Source of the DNA: Malacoraja senta
Lineage: Eukaryota
Reading direction: 5' to 3'
NCBI GenBank assembly: GCA_038087875.1
Contig: JAXLNO010000146.1
Location: 62,001 to 126,000 of the forward strand
DNA length: 64,000 nucleotides
Positions 12,308 to 23,600 of this stretch are shown here, piece by piece (position 1 is the stretch's first letter; the number at the start of each line of letters is the position of its first letter). The notes below the pieces were generated by a model. It searched no databases. It worked only from the letters and a program-made list of their open reading frames with translations, and was not told the DNA's origin. The position numbers and the translations under genes were made by a program.

Positions 12308-13755
12308 GAAAAACGTTTCTACTTACCTTGTAGTTAAAAAACTACAAATCCACTAGAGGTGCTCTGCTCCTCACGTCCGTTTGCGTCAAGGCGTCTGACG
12401 TAATGACGCGCAGGCGCACTGGCGGGGTTCTTCACGTAGTCACTCGCGTGACTCCGAAGTAAAATATGTTTGACCTATCCACTTCGCCTTTAATCTCATT
12501 TGTGTTTGCTGTTTCATGTGGGTTTCTTGCAAGTAAATTATGTCGCTTTTCAAAGATTTTAGGTGAGCAAAAATGTTACCCCTCTTTATTGGTTCATTGG
12601 CACCCCTTATATTCCAACTACAGAATGTGATTCCTCCATTCTTTATTTGTCTATCGTCTTGCATTGTATATCAAAGTAGTATTCTTGAATCATATGGTGC
12701 AAACAAATACCTCAGAATTCTGGGTGTTGGGTGGTCATTCCAAGTTTTTAAGTTTATATTACATCTCCTTCTCCAAAAGTACCTTAGATAAAGAAAGAAA
12801 AATTGTGATTTAAAGTTGATTACACAAAAACTAAGCAAATACAAATTTATATAGTGATTTTAAAAAAAAAGTGAAGTTAAGGTATCTAAGAAAAGATACC
12901 TTAAAGACAAATAGCCACCTAAGGTGGCGAAAAATTTATGGACTTCCGTTGGTGTTGTTTTACATTGAACTCCAATCCCTTATTAACACCTCATAAAAAA
13001 CTACAGACCGTCTCATATCTTGTTTATTCTTATTTAAATTTATCTAACTAGCACTAGTAAAAAGCAAAAAGACTGAGAGAAAAAATATAAAAAGAGAAAA
13101 AAAGAAAAAAGAAAAACCAAATATACAACACAACATATTCTCAGTTCTATAAGTATTTATACCTTTCCAATTTATCTAACCAACTACCATACGAGCAGGT
13201 ATCGAGGGGTTAACCTCATTCCTGGATCTTTTCCAAGTTTATGTATAAAAAAATTACAGACCGTCTCATATCTTGTTTATTCTTATTTAAATTTATCAAA
13301 CTAGCACTAGTAAAAAGCAAAAAGACTCAGAGAAAAAATATAAAAAAAGAAAAAAAGAAAAAAGAAAAACCCACACAAGAAAAATATGTTAGTAATATTA
13401 TAGACATTTTGGTTAATTACTATTTATAAGCAATGGTTTATTCATGATTTGTTCATATTTACTACATACACTCACAAATCATTAGTATTATTAAATTTGT
13501 TAAATTAGTTGGTTAATTATAATTAGAATATAATAGTTAGATATTTTCTTAAATCAACAGTTAGTATTAATATTATCTCAACCATATCCCTTATACAGTA
13601 TCTTCAACATCCTTTTGTTTATCTTTGAGCTTTTCATTGAAGGTGAAACATGGACAATGTTCTCAAATACACATTCCAGACAGATAAGCTCGGTAACTGT
13701 CTGGAAAAATCCATCATCTTAGCCAGTTCCAACTCTATCTTAAAAGTTAAAAAAT

Positions 13756-14832
13756 TCAATTTTCCTCCTCTTCGACATCTTCTTCCGATGTTTTCGACGC
13801 TTTTCTCACGATATCTTCTGCATACTTAAATGCTTTTTCGGGAACCATAAATGAGCGCTCAGTTCCGTTATAAGTAATTTTCATTTTTGCTGGGAAGACC
13901 ACCCCATATCTGACCTTGGATATTCCTCTCAGTATGTTTCTTGTCTGTGTAAACAAGTTCCTTCTCTGGACGACCTCCGGAGGATAATCACGGAAAAATC
14001 GAATATTATCCCCACGATATGTCAAATTCTCCCCATGAACAATCTTATTCAGTATAAATTCCACTGAAGAAATATCGATAAATTTCACAATTATCTGTCT
14101 TGGAGCAGCATTTATGCCTCTTGAGACACGTCCAACTCGGTGAACAATATCTATTCTTAATTCTTCCGGCAGTTTAAAAACATCTTTGAGTAAGTCAGCA
14201 ATGAAAGTACGTGTTTGAGATACATGTCCTTCTCGCCCTTCTCTTACTCCAACAATTCTCAAATTCTGCCTTCTCGATCTCGCTTCCAAGTCCAAACATT
14301 TGTCAGTCATCCTTGCAAGTTTTTCTTCTTCAGCTTTCTTTGATTTTTTCAAACTATTTATTTCCGTAAACATCTCTTTCATATCATTTTCCATTTCTTC
14401 CATTCTCTCATCAATGTCGCCCATCTTAGCATTTACACCAGTAAATTTCTTATTATAACCATTTTCGATTCTAACAAATTCTGATTTAAGTTTTTTATCA
14501 AACTCATTATGTTGCTTCTTCAGCTCCTTTAACTCAGCACAAGCACCGTCAATTTTATGAGAGAATATCTCCATATTAGTCTCCATACTCTGCATCTTAA
14601 TCTCCATACTCTGCATCTTTTCCAGTGTTGTATTAATTGCAGCAGTCATATCGAAAAGCATTTGCTTTACCTCCTTCTCCTTCTTTTCTCCTTTTGCAGC
14701 CATTTCCAGCACAGCTCCTTGGCTGTACGACTCTTCTTCTAAGCCTGTTGTTTGCAGAGTATCCAAAACTCTTTCAAGCTGGAGACTTATAGTAGTTTTC
14801 TTGGGTGCTCGTGAGCTTTTCTCTCTTCTCAT
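13756..14832 (-). CDS. L1 ORF1p (coiled coil, RRM and CTD), open 358 aa
   Basis: Heptad-rich N-terminal half followed by DLEARSRRQNLRIVGVRE, IDIVHRVG, PRQIIVKF, IRFFRDYP and YGVVFPAKM motifs typical of vertebrate L1 ORF1p. Confidence 0.92.
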   Translation of the reverse strand: MRREKSSRAPKKTTISLQLERVLDTLQTTGLEEESYSQGAVLEMAAKGEKKEKEVKQMLFDMTAAINTTLEKMQSMEIKMQSMETNMEIFSHKIDGACAELKELKKQHNEFDKKLKSEFVRIENGYNKKFTGVNAKMGDIDERMEEMENDMKEMFTEINSLKKSKKAEEEKLARMTDKCLDLEARSRRQNLRIVGVREGREGHVSQTRTFIADLLKDVFKLPEELRIDIVHRVGRVSRGINAAPRQIIVKFIDISSVEFILNKIVHGENLTYRGDNIRFFRDYPPEVVQRRNLFTQTRNILRGISKVRYGVVFPAKMKITYNGTERSFMVPEKAFKYAEDIVRKASKTSEEDVEEEEN

Positions 14833-15025
14833 TTAAAAGTCCCGATTTTTACCGTTAAACTCCCGATTTTAGCGTCGTTTTCTGATGATGTCACCCTTAT
14901 GCGACGCCAAGCAGCTCCGGTGAGTTATTTTTAGAGTCGGTCCCGACTTTAAAACGGCTTTTTAGCGATGTGACGGGAGAGGAGCTCAATGCAGCGCCCT
15001 TAGTGTTCCATGGCGCTACCGGAAA

Positions 15026-17160
15026 TTTTAGAGATAAATGGCAAATTGGAGATTGGTCGGAAATTATTGTTGGGATTTGCACTGGGTTTCTTAGGTACTG
15101 GAGTTATTGCAGAGGTTTTGAGAGAGGAAGGAACATGAGCAGAAATAAGGGAGGAGTGGATGATGTTAGTTATGAAAGAGGAGAGGGAAGGAGACAGGTT
15201 TTGACTAAGTGGGTGGGGAGGGGGTCGAGCTGGTAGGTGGATGATTTGGATTTTCGGATGAGATCAGATATTTCAGTAACAGTTGGGAGTTGAAAACTAG
15301 ATAATAAAGAAAAGGGGGGGACAGAGGAAGGTGGATGGACTGCACTATTATCCGTATTAGATAAAGAGGGGAGCTGTTGATGAATGTTTTCAATTTTGGT
15401 TTTGAAAAAGGACATAAAACTATTACATTGAGAAGTTGAGTACAAGTGGGGTGGAAGTATAAGGTGGTCGTAAGATCATGTTAATTGTGGAAAACAGGGC
15501 TCGAGTGTTCCCTTCGCCAGATGAAATCAAATTAGTACAGTATATGGATTTAGCTGTGGAGAGGGCATCCTTATAGTGCAGTATGTTGTTGTCATACATG
15601 TCCTTGTGAACAACAAGTCCGTTTTTTTTGTAGAGACGTTCCATGCGACGTCCTTTTATTTTTAGCTGGCGTAGAGCAAGTGTGTACCAGGGGGCAGAGT
15701 GAGTAAAATAAACAGTCTGGGTTTTCAGAGGAGCGAGAGTGTCCAGGAGATTGTGGTCCATCACTGTAATGTGAAACCAGATCATCAGTGTTGACTAATT
15801 TATCTATATCGAGGAGATTGTTAATTCCAACAAAGAGAGCAGGTAGATCAATATTCTTGATGTTACGCAATGAGATGGAGCGAGACTGATTTGTTTTGGG
15901 TGGTGGTAAGTTGACATTAAAATAAATTAGCTTATGATCAGAGATGGACAGATCAGATGCAGTACTGTTAAAAGGGGTTAAACCAGAGCAGCAGATGAGG
16001 TCCAGGATGTGACCTTTGTTGTGTGTGGGAAAGTTAATATGTTGCTGTAATCCAAAACTGTCTAGAGTTGAAGAAAAGTCCCTTGTAAGAGTGTTGCTGA
16101 TATTGTTCATGTGAATATTAAGATCACCCAGTATTATGACATTTGGGGACATGCAGTAAATAGATGTTAAAAAGGAAGAAAAATCATTTAAAACATTATT
16201 ATTGGGGTTGGGTGGGCGATAGATAGTGGCTAAAACAGTAGGGACGGGTCCACTGATTTGTAGGATTATGGATTTGATTGAGTTGTGGGCAGGGACAGTG
16301 ACAGGAGACACTCTCCACTTCTCATTGTAGAGCATTGCGACACCGTCCCCTCGGCCTGCGGCGCGTGATTGACAGGCGTAAACGAATGACTACACACAAA
16401 CATCGTTGAGCTGTGTGTAATCATTCTGACGCTGCCAGGTTTCTGTCAGGCACAAGAAGTCGAATTTGTTGTCCTGTAAAAGATCGTAGACCAGGAGACC
16501 CTTGTTGGTGAGTGGGCGGATGTTGAACAGCCCGACGGAGACAGTGGTGTTGACGAGATTAGCGCTAGCCGACCTGGCAAGGTTAGTTAGCACATTGTGG
16601 TGGTGCTTTATCGGGGGACGAGGTGACAATGACCAGAAGGATCTTATTGGCTTTGTGTCATCAATGTTGAATCTCCGTCCGGAGCCACGGTGGATATATT
16701 TCCGACGATAATGACGAGCCAGATCCAGGTGAAGATGTAACACCGGGGTTGGGTCGGACAGGTGGGGTCGCAGCTGGAGAAGTTCATCCACCGAGTATTG
16801 GAGAATCGGTGTAACAGGATCGAGTTTGGATGAGAGAGTGACCCAGACAAGCACAGTCCATAAAAACAAGCTGTTAATCCTCATTGTGGCCAGCGATTAA
16901 TCCAAACGGCGGCGGCCGGAAACAGGAGCGGCAGGTAGTGGAGGTGAGGTCATGAGCTCCAACAACAAAAAGAAAAAGGTAATAACAGTCAATATATGCA
17001 GGTTATTCCATTAAAGTCAGCAGACAAGTTGCTGAAGTGTGTTGACAGATAGATTCCCTGCTCAAATTGCAATAAGAAGTAGTAGGGACAGCAATAATAC
17101 ATAATTCGGAGAGAGAGCAGCGGCAGCTAGTCACGCCAGCGTTCACTCTCACTTCCGGCA
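15026..17160 (-). mobile_element. L2-clade LINE, 5' part (endonuclease to RT start), cut by L1 copy A
   Basis: GLFNIRPL..DFLCLTETW, IYRPP, LGDLNIH, PTHNKGHILDL, ISDHKLI, APWYT, LDPLPT and NNFRPISNLPFISK at the L1 junction. Confidence 0.85.
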
Positions 17161-17845
17161 ACCATTAGGTGGGCAATGCTCCACATTGCTGGGTAGAGTC
17201 TGGTGTTATTACTCTACTGGAGCAGCTTACCCAGAGATACAGCTAGGGGCATAGGTCTTCGGGATGTTGCCCTGTCGTATTGTATTTGTTATATCTAGCT
17301 CTCTCAACTGTTTCCTGGCATCAATGGTTCAATGGTACTTTTATTATCACATGTGCGAAGTGCTAACACAATGAAATTATTTTTCACACATAGCGTCCTG
17401 TACAGTATTGCCATACCCCTGATCCTCGATTAGCAAGTGTACAGAAATAGTCTACAGAACCCGTATGCAAGAGGCGCCATATTTTAGTGCCATTTTAAAA
17501 GACCACGCTCTAGTTCTTATGAGCGGTGCCTCTTCCCGACACATCCTAGGCTGTTGTGGGCCTCCGGCCATCTCCTTCCTTGGACGGGGCCCGTTCCTTC
17601 TCTCCAGGGATGCTGCCTGCGTGTGCTGCTTTTACTGTGGATCATGCATGGTATAGAAGATGCACTGAGCTGGCATGTCATCATTTTTGGATACACCTGA
17701 AGCTGCCCTTCTGCACTCCTCATTGAACCAGACTTGATCTGCTGGCTTGACTGAAAAGAAGAGAAGAATGAGGAATCTGCTAAGTCATGACATTGTAGAA
17801 TGTGGTGGGTTGCATTTCTGCTGACGCCCCACAGTAATTCTTGGA
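17161..17845 (-). mobile_element. Old CR1-like RT fragments interspersed with a Rex1-type 3' tail (~17320-17400)
   Basis: Degenerate RELDI..NIP..KT(C)AP..LY translation on minus. The tttatt(a/g)tcacatgt..aatgaaa tail motif is present. Confidence 0.5.
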
Positions 17846-18014
17846 GAGTTAAGAGTGTTTAATTGTCGTATGTACCGGTAACAGAACGATAACATTCTTG
17901 CAGCTAGGAGCTTAACAGGCTTGACTCACACACACAGATAAAACATGAATTAAAAAATGGAATACATTTATAACCATAATACTAGGTAGCCATAATAATG
18001 CAAAAGCAGGAGTC

Positions 18015-19568
18015 CTGCGCTCGGTCTCGCTGATATATATGAGTCCACACCTGGATGGACTTGCAGAAAATGTGAATGTGCTAACGTATGAATGGCCCCC
18101 TTCACTTTCAGAGAGCACATTACAGGTACACCTAGAACAGCAGATACAGTAAATGTGGTCGGAGGCGCTGCAAGTGAACCTCTGCCTCACCTGAAAAGGC
18201 TGTTGGGGTCCTTGGACGGAATAGAGGAGGGAAGTATAGGTTCATCTCCTGCTCATGTGTTGCATCTCCTGCGGTTGTAGGGGAAAGTACCTGGAGAGGA
18301 GGAAGTTTGGGAAGGGACGAGTTGACCAGGGAGTTACAGAGGGAACGGTCTTGCGGAAAGGGGTGGAGATGGGAAGATGTGGCTAGTGGTGGGATCCCGT
18401 TGGAGGTGTATATCAAAGGTTCTTTATTAGTCACATACACCAATTGGTGTAGTGAAATGCGTATTGCCATTGCAGCACATAAAAAAAGAATACAACATAA
18501 CAGTAATAAAGAAATTTAAACATAAAAAACATCCCCCCACAATTGTTCCCATTATGAGGGAAGGCACAAAGTCCAGTCCCCATCCCCATGTCCACCCATA
18601 GTCGGGCCTATTGAGGCCTCCGCAGGCGCCTTTACAGAGGCCCGATGTTCCAGGCCGTTCTCGCCGGATGATGGTGCTCCGGCGTCGGGAGAATCCTCTC
18701 AGCGGCATGGGAAACCTGGAACGGCCGCCTCCTTACCGGAGACCGCGGCTTCCGAAGCCGACAGGCCGCGCTGGATAGAGCTCCACCACTGGCGATCTCG
18801 GCGAGAGATCCCAGGCTCCCGATGTTCGTCAGAGCCGCCGCCCGCAGCTGGCCGCTACACTGCCCCGCAGCTCCGCGATGTTCATCGGCGGTCTCAGCAT
18901 ACCAGAGTTCCAGCGCGGCGACCCGGGCAAGGCATCGCCCGCTCCGCGATAGCGCTCCAGCGCTGTGCCGCTGTCGAAGCCGAGGTTCTGGCCGGTCCCC
19001 TCAGGAAACGCCGCTCCAGGCCCGCTGGTAGGCTGCGAGGACGGGTCAAAGATGCTGCCTGGAGAAAAGCCGCCTCTCCGACCAGATAGGGACCCTGAAA
19101 AGCAGTTCCCCCCCCACCCCCACATAAAAAAGATTAGAGCTCCGAAAAACAAAAACTCAACTAACTAAAAATTAAAAAAAGAAGTGAAAAAACGGACAGC
19201 TGCAGGCTGTGGCCTGAGGAGGTGGCGAAAATGTCGGAGCATTATCTGCTGTATGGGACGGCTAGGGGGACTCTGTCCCTGTCACAATTGGGGGGAAGGG
19301 GAGCAAAAGCGGAGCTACAGGATACCAAGGAGTTCTTCTGTCCCTAATCAATGGGACATCTCGGATGTCCTGGTATGGAACACCTCATCTTGGGAGCAGA
19401 TGCGGCGTAGACGGAGGAATTGGAAGTAGGGGATAGAGCCTTTATAAGAAGCAGGGTGGTAAGACAAGGAGTCTAGATAGCTGTGGGAGTCATTGGGTTT
19501 ATAATAAATGTCAGTTGATAGTCTGTCTCATGTGATGGAGACGGTGAGATTAAGAAAAGGTAGGAGAT
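18015..19568 (-). mobile_element. Penelope-like element fragment (RT thumb to GIY-YIG endonuclease), interrupted by an 809-bp insertion
   Basis: RQRFTC..IYCICCSRC..LIYISETERR (GIY-YIG) and FLRLRRICS. Homologous to the other PLE copies in the window. Confidence 0.82.
18409..19217 (-). mobile_element. Non-autonomous GC-rich retroposon with a Rex1-like 3' tail
   Basis: Flanked by direct repeat GGAGGTG (18402-18408 / 19218-19224). The 3' end tttcactac..tgtgactaataaa resembles other Rex1-type tails. No recognisable protein. Confidence 0.65.
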
Positions 19569-19687
19569 GGCTACTCAGACTGACTTACGTAATCAAGTTC
19601 TAGGTAATATGAATCGCATATTAGGCGGAGCAACTACAAAAAAACACTACATTTGGTTAGTAGCAAATAACCAATCTACAACCGTGT

Positions 19688-20670
19688 TGATAAGAGGTCT
19701 GTATGCTGCAGTTAAAAACAAGGAGATGTGGTCAGAGTGGCCCAGATGGGGGAGAGGTGATGCTTTGTACCCTTGTTTAATGATACTATAAACATGGTCA
19801 AGTATGTTTTTTCCTCTTGTGGGGCACTGCCATGTTAATAAAATTTTGGGAGGACAGTCTTTAGTTTTGCTTGGTTAAAATCACCCGCTATTATAAAAAA
19901 CTCTGTCAGGATGGGCGCTCTGTTGTCTGCTAATGGCGATTAGCAGATAGTCCAAAGCTGTTATAGTATTAGCATCTGGTGGTATGTACACAGCTGTGAT
20001 TATGGCAACCGTGAATTCTCGTGGCATATAGAAAGGGAGACATTTTATTGATACATATTCCAAGTCCGAAATGACCTTTACATTTGTGCACCTGTTGTTT
20101 GTATATACACAAAGTCCTCCTCCCCTGCTCTTACCGGAGTCTCTATTCCTGTCGTAGCGGTGAGATGCGCAGCCTGATAGCCTCCTCCGGGATCTTCGGG
20201 TTAAGCCATGTTTCCATAATGATCATAACGCAGCAGTTCTGTATGTTTTTCTGCGTAGATGTGAAAAGTTCCAGCTCTTCCATCTTGTTGGCAAGTGATC
20301 TTGCATTTGTGATGAAAAGACTTGACAGTGGAGGTTTGTGCGGATCTTTTCCAAGCCCAGCATGTATCCCAGCTCGGCAGCCTCACTTTTGTTTCCTCTC
20401 TCTGCGTCACCTTCGTTGCTTTCCGGGTGGGACGGTAATCCACGGAGATCCCGGCGGTCTGACGAGCTCTGGCGGAATGTTGTGTCCAAAGTTTGCCTTG
20501 TTGGAAACACAGCCACTGTGCATCGAACCGATATTTAGTAATTTGTGTCGGTTGCGTGATATGTTAACGTATGCATACGTGGCACTCAATAATAAATAAA
20601 CTAAAAGAATACTAATTAAGGAGCGCCGGCTCGAGGAGTGTTGAGCCGCTGCATGTACGTGCGCCGCCAA
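19688..20670 (-). mobile_element. Rex1/Babar LINE 5' portion (endonuclease)
   Basis: CLPFYMPREF..AVYIPP and SDHISLFL..AY. Upstream PPLSSLFITNARSLANKMEEL. Confidence 0.82.
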
Positions 20671-20671
20671 G

Positions 20672-23600
20672 AGGGGAACCCCCGTTTCCTAAAGAATGAG
20701 AACAACTCGGATGCCCAGGTATGGAACACCTCATCCTGGGCACATTTACGGCATAGACAGAGGAATTGGGAGTAGGGGATAGAGTCTTTACAGGAAGCAG
20801 GGTGGGAAGAAGTATAGTTAAGATATCTCAGGGAGTCAGTAGGTTTGTAGTCGATGTCGGTCAATACTCTGTTTCCTGTGATGGAGACGGTGAGATCCAG
20901 AAGGGGTAGGGAGATGTCGGAGATGGTCCAAATGAATTTAAGTGCAGGATGGAAATTAGTTGTGAAGTTGATGAAGTCAGTGAGTTCTGCATGGGTGCAG
21001 GAGGTAGCACCAAAGCAGTCATCATGTAGCGGAGGTAGAGTTTGGGGATAGGGCCAGTGTATGCCTGGAACAGGGATTGTTCGACGTACCCTACAAAGAG
21101 GCAGGCATAGCTGGGGCTCATGCGAGTGCCTATTAGCTACACCTTGGATTTGGAGGAAGTGGGAGGAGTCGAAGGAGAAGTTGTTGAGGGTAAGGTCCCG
21201 CTCTGCTAGGTGGACGAGAGTATTGGTAGACGGAAATTGGCTGTTTCTGTGGTCGAGGAAGAAAGAGAGGGCTTTAAGACCCTCCTGGTGAGGGATGGAA
21301 GTGCAGAGTGACTGGACATCCATAGTAAAGATGAGGGAATGGGGGCCTGGAAAATGGAAGTCATTGAGGAGACGAAGAGCGCGTGAGGTGTCTTGGACAT
21401 AGATAGGGAGGGATTGGACCATAGAGTCATGGAGTGATACTGTGTGGAAAAAGGCCCTTTGGCCCAACTCGCCCACACCGGCCAACAATGTCCCGACTAC
21501 CCTAGTCCCACTTGCCTGCGCTTGGTCCATATCCATGTACCTGTCCAGCTGTTTCTTAAACGACGTGATAGTCCCAGCCTCAACTACCCCCTCTGGCAGC
21601 TTGTTCCCCCTCGGATTTATATTAAATCTTGTCCGCTTCACCTTCAATCTATGTCCTCTGGTCCTCGATTCCCCTACTCTGTGTAAAAGTCTGTGCATCC
21701 ACCCGATCTATTCCTCTCATGATTGTGTATACCTCTATAACATCTCTCCACATCCTTTTATGCTCCATGGAGTAGAGAACCAGTCTACTTAACCTCTCCC
21801 TATAGCTCACACCCTCTGGTCCTGTCAACATCCTCGTAAATCTTTTCTGAACCCTTTCAAGCTTGACAATATCTTTCCTATAACATGGTGCCCAGAACTG
21901 AACACAATATTCTAAATGCAGTCTCACCAACGTCTTATACAACTGCCACATGACCTCACAACTTCTGTACTCAATACTCTGACTGATGAAGGCCAAAGTG
22001 CCAAAAGCCTTTTTGACCACCTTATCTACCTGCGACTCGACCTTGAAGTAACCATATACTTGTACTCCTAGATCCCTCTGCTCTGCAATGCTTCCCAGAG
22101 GCCTACCATTTACTGTGTAGGTCCTGCCCTTGTTCGACGTCCCAAAATGCAACAACTCACGCTTCTCGGTATTAAATTCCATCAACCATTCCTCCACCCA
22201 CCTGGCCAATCGATACAGATCCTGCTGCAATCATTCACAACCTTCTTCACTATCTGCAAAATCAGTAACTTTTGTATCATCAGCAAACTTGCTAATCTTG
22301 CCCTGTATGTTCTCATCCAAATCATTGATGTAGATGACAAACAGTAACGGGCCCAGCACGGAACCCTGAACCACACCGCTAGTCACAGGCCTCCAGTCCG
22401 AGAAGCAACCTTCTACTTTTACCCTCTGCTTCCTTCCATGGAGCCAATTTGCTATCCATTCAGCTATCTCTCCTTGGATCCCATGATATCTAACCTTCCA
22501 GAGCAACCTACCATGCTGCACCTTGTCGAACGCCTTACTAAAGTCCATGTACGCAACATCTACAGCTCTGCCCTCATCAACCTTTTTGCTCACGTCTTCA
22601 AAAAATCAATCAGATTTGTGAGACATGACCTCCCACGTACAAAACCATGCTGACTGTCCCTAATCAGCCCTTGCCCATCCAAATGCCTGTATATCCTATC
22701 CCTCAGAATACTCTCCAGTAACTTACCAACTACAGATGTTAAGCTCACCGGCCTATGGTTCCCAGCATTTTCTCTGCAGACCGACTTGAAAAGAGGCACA
22801 ACATTTGCCATCCTCCAATCTTCTGGCACCTCTCCTGTATTTAAGGATGACTCATAATGTTCAACCAAGGCTCCCGCAATTTCCACTCTAATTACCGGCA
22901 ATGTCCTCGGATATATCTCATCAGGCCCCGGAGAGTTGTCTGCCTTCCAACACTTTCAGTACTTCCTCGACGGTAACCCTGACTGCTGTCATGACACTTC
23001 CAGTGACTGCTCCAATTTCCTCCGTCCTACTGTCTTTCTCCTTGGTAAATACAGAGGAGAAATACTCATTGAGGACCTTGCCCATCTCCTGTGGCTCCAC
23101 ACAGAGGTGACCGCTTTTATTCCTGAGAGGTTCCATTCTCTCTCTAGTTACCCTTTTCCTCCTTATGTCATCTCCTTTTGGGATTGTCTTTTATGCTACC
23201 CACCAGAGTTATCCCATGGCCCCTTTTTGCCCTTCTGCCCTAAGTTTGCTCCTTAGTTCCCGAAACGCCTCCAGGGATGCACTTGATCCCAGCTGCCAAT
23301 ACCTGTCCCATGCATCCTTCTTGTTTTTGACAAATGTCAAGCTTCCTTCCTTTTGACCCAAGCTTCCTTACATTTGCCTGCTTTGCCTTTCACTCTAACG
23401 GGGAGGTACACATCCTGAGCTCTCTTCAGTACACTTTTTAAAAATCCCACTTGGCCGATGTTCCTTTCCCCTCAAATAACCTGCTCCAGTCAACTTGAGC
23501 TTGACGTTCTCTCATACCCTCAAAGTTGGCCTTACTCCAGTTGAGCATTTTAACATGTGGACCCTCTCCGTCCCGATCCATAACTATCATAAACTTAATC

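Larger units (their letters stand above)
1196..12466 (-). mobile_element. Full-length DIRS1-type tyrosine-recombinase retrotransposon (degenerate; carries two LINE insertions)
   Basis: Order is gag, RT/RNaseH/methyltransferase, YR. Inverted terminal repeats at 1265-1304 and 12404-12443. Internal complementary region at 1428-1541 matches both termini. Inserted at AATA within L1 ORF2. Confidence 0.95.
1..15025 (-). mobile_element. L1-clade LINE copy A: 5' end ~15025, interrupted by a DIRS element, RT domain deleted, 3' end outside window
   Basis: ORF1 at 13756-14832. ORF2 endonuclease starts at 12664 (SWNIRG..IIYLQETH..KWIGQTY) and resumes at 1199 (YSSFTSKSRG..INIYAPN..SRIDYF..SDHSPL). Bases 1-115 match the ORF2 C-terminus of copy B (FFNYGL..KKLILKFWKN). 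Confidence 0.93.

Noticed and set aside
12297..12326. 30-nt GT-AG intron in the DIRS leader
   Set aside because: Too short for vertebrate spliceosomal splicing; only the donor is kept as a candidate.
20616..21698. 360-aa minus ORF that looks like a novel fusion protein
   Set aside because: Chance read-through across a CR1 3' end, Penelope RT and a Rex1 5' end; it changes true frame several times.
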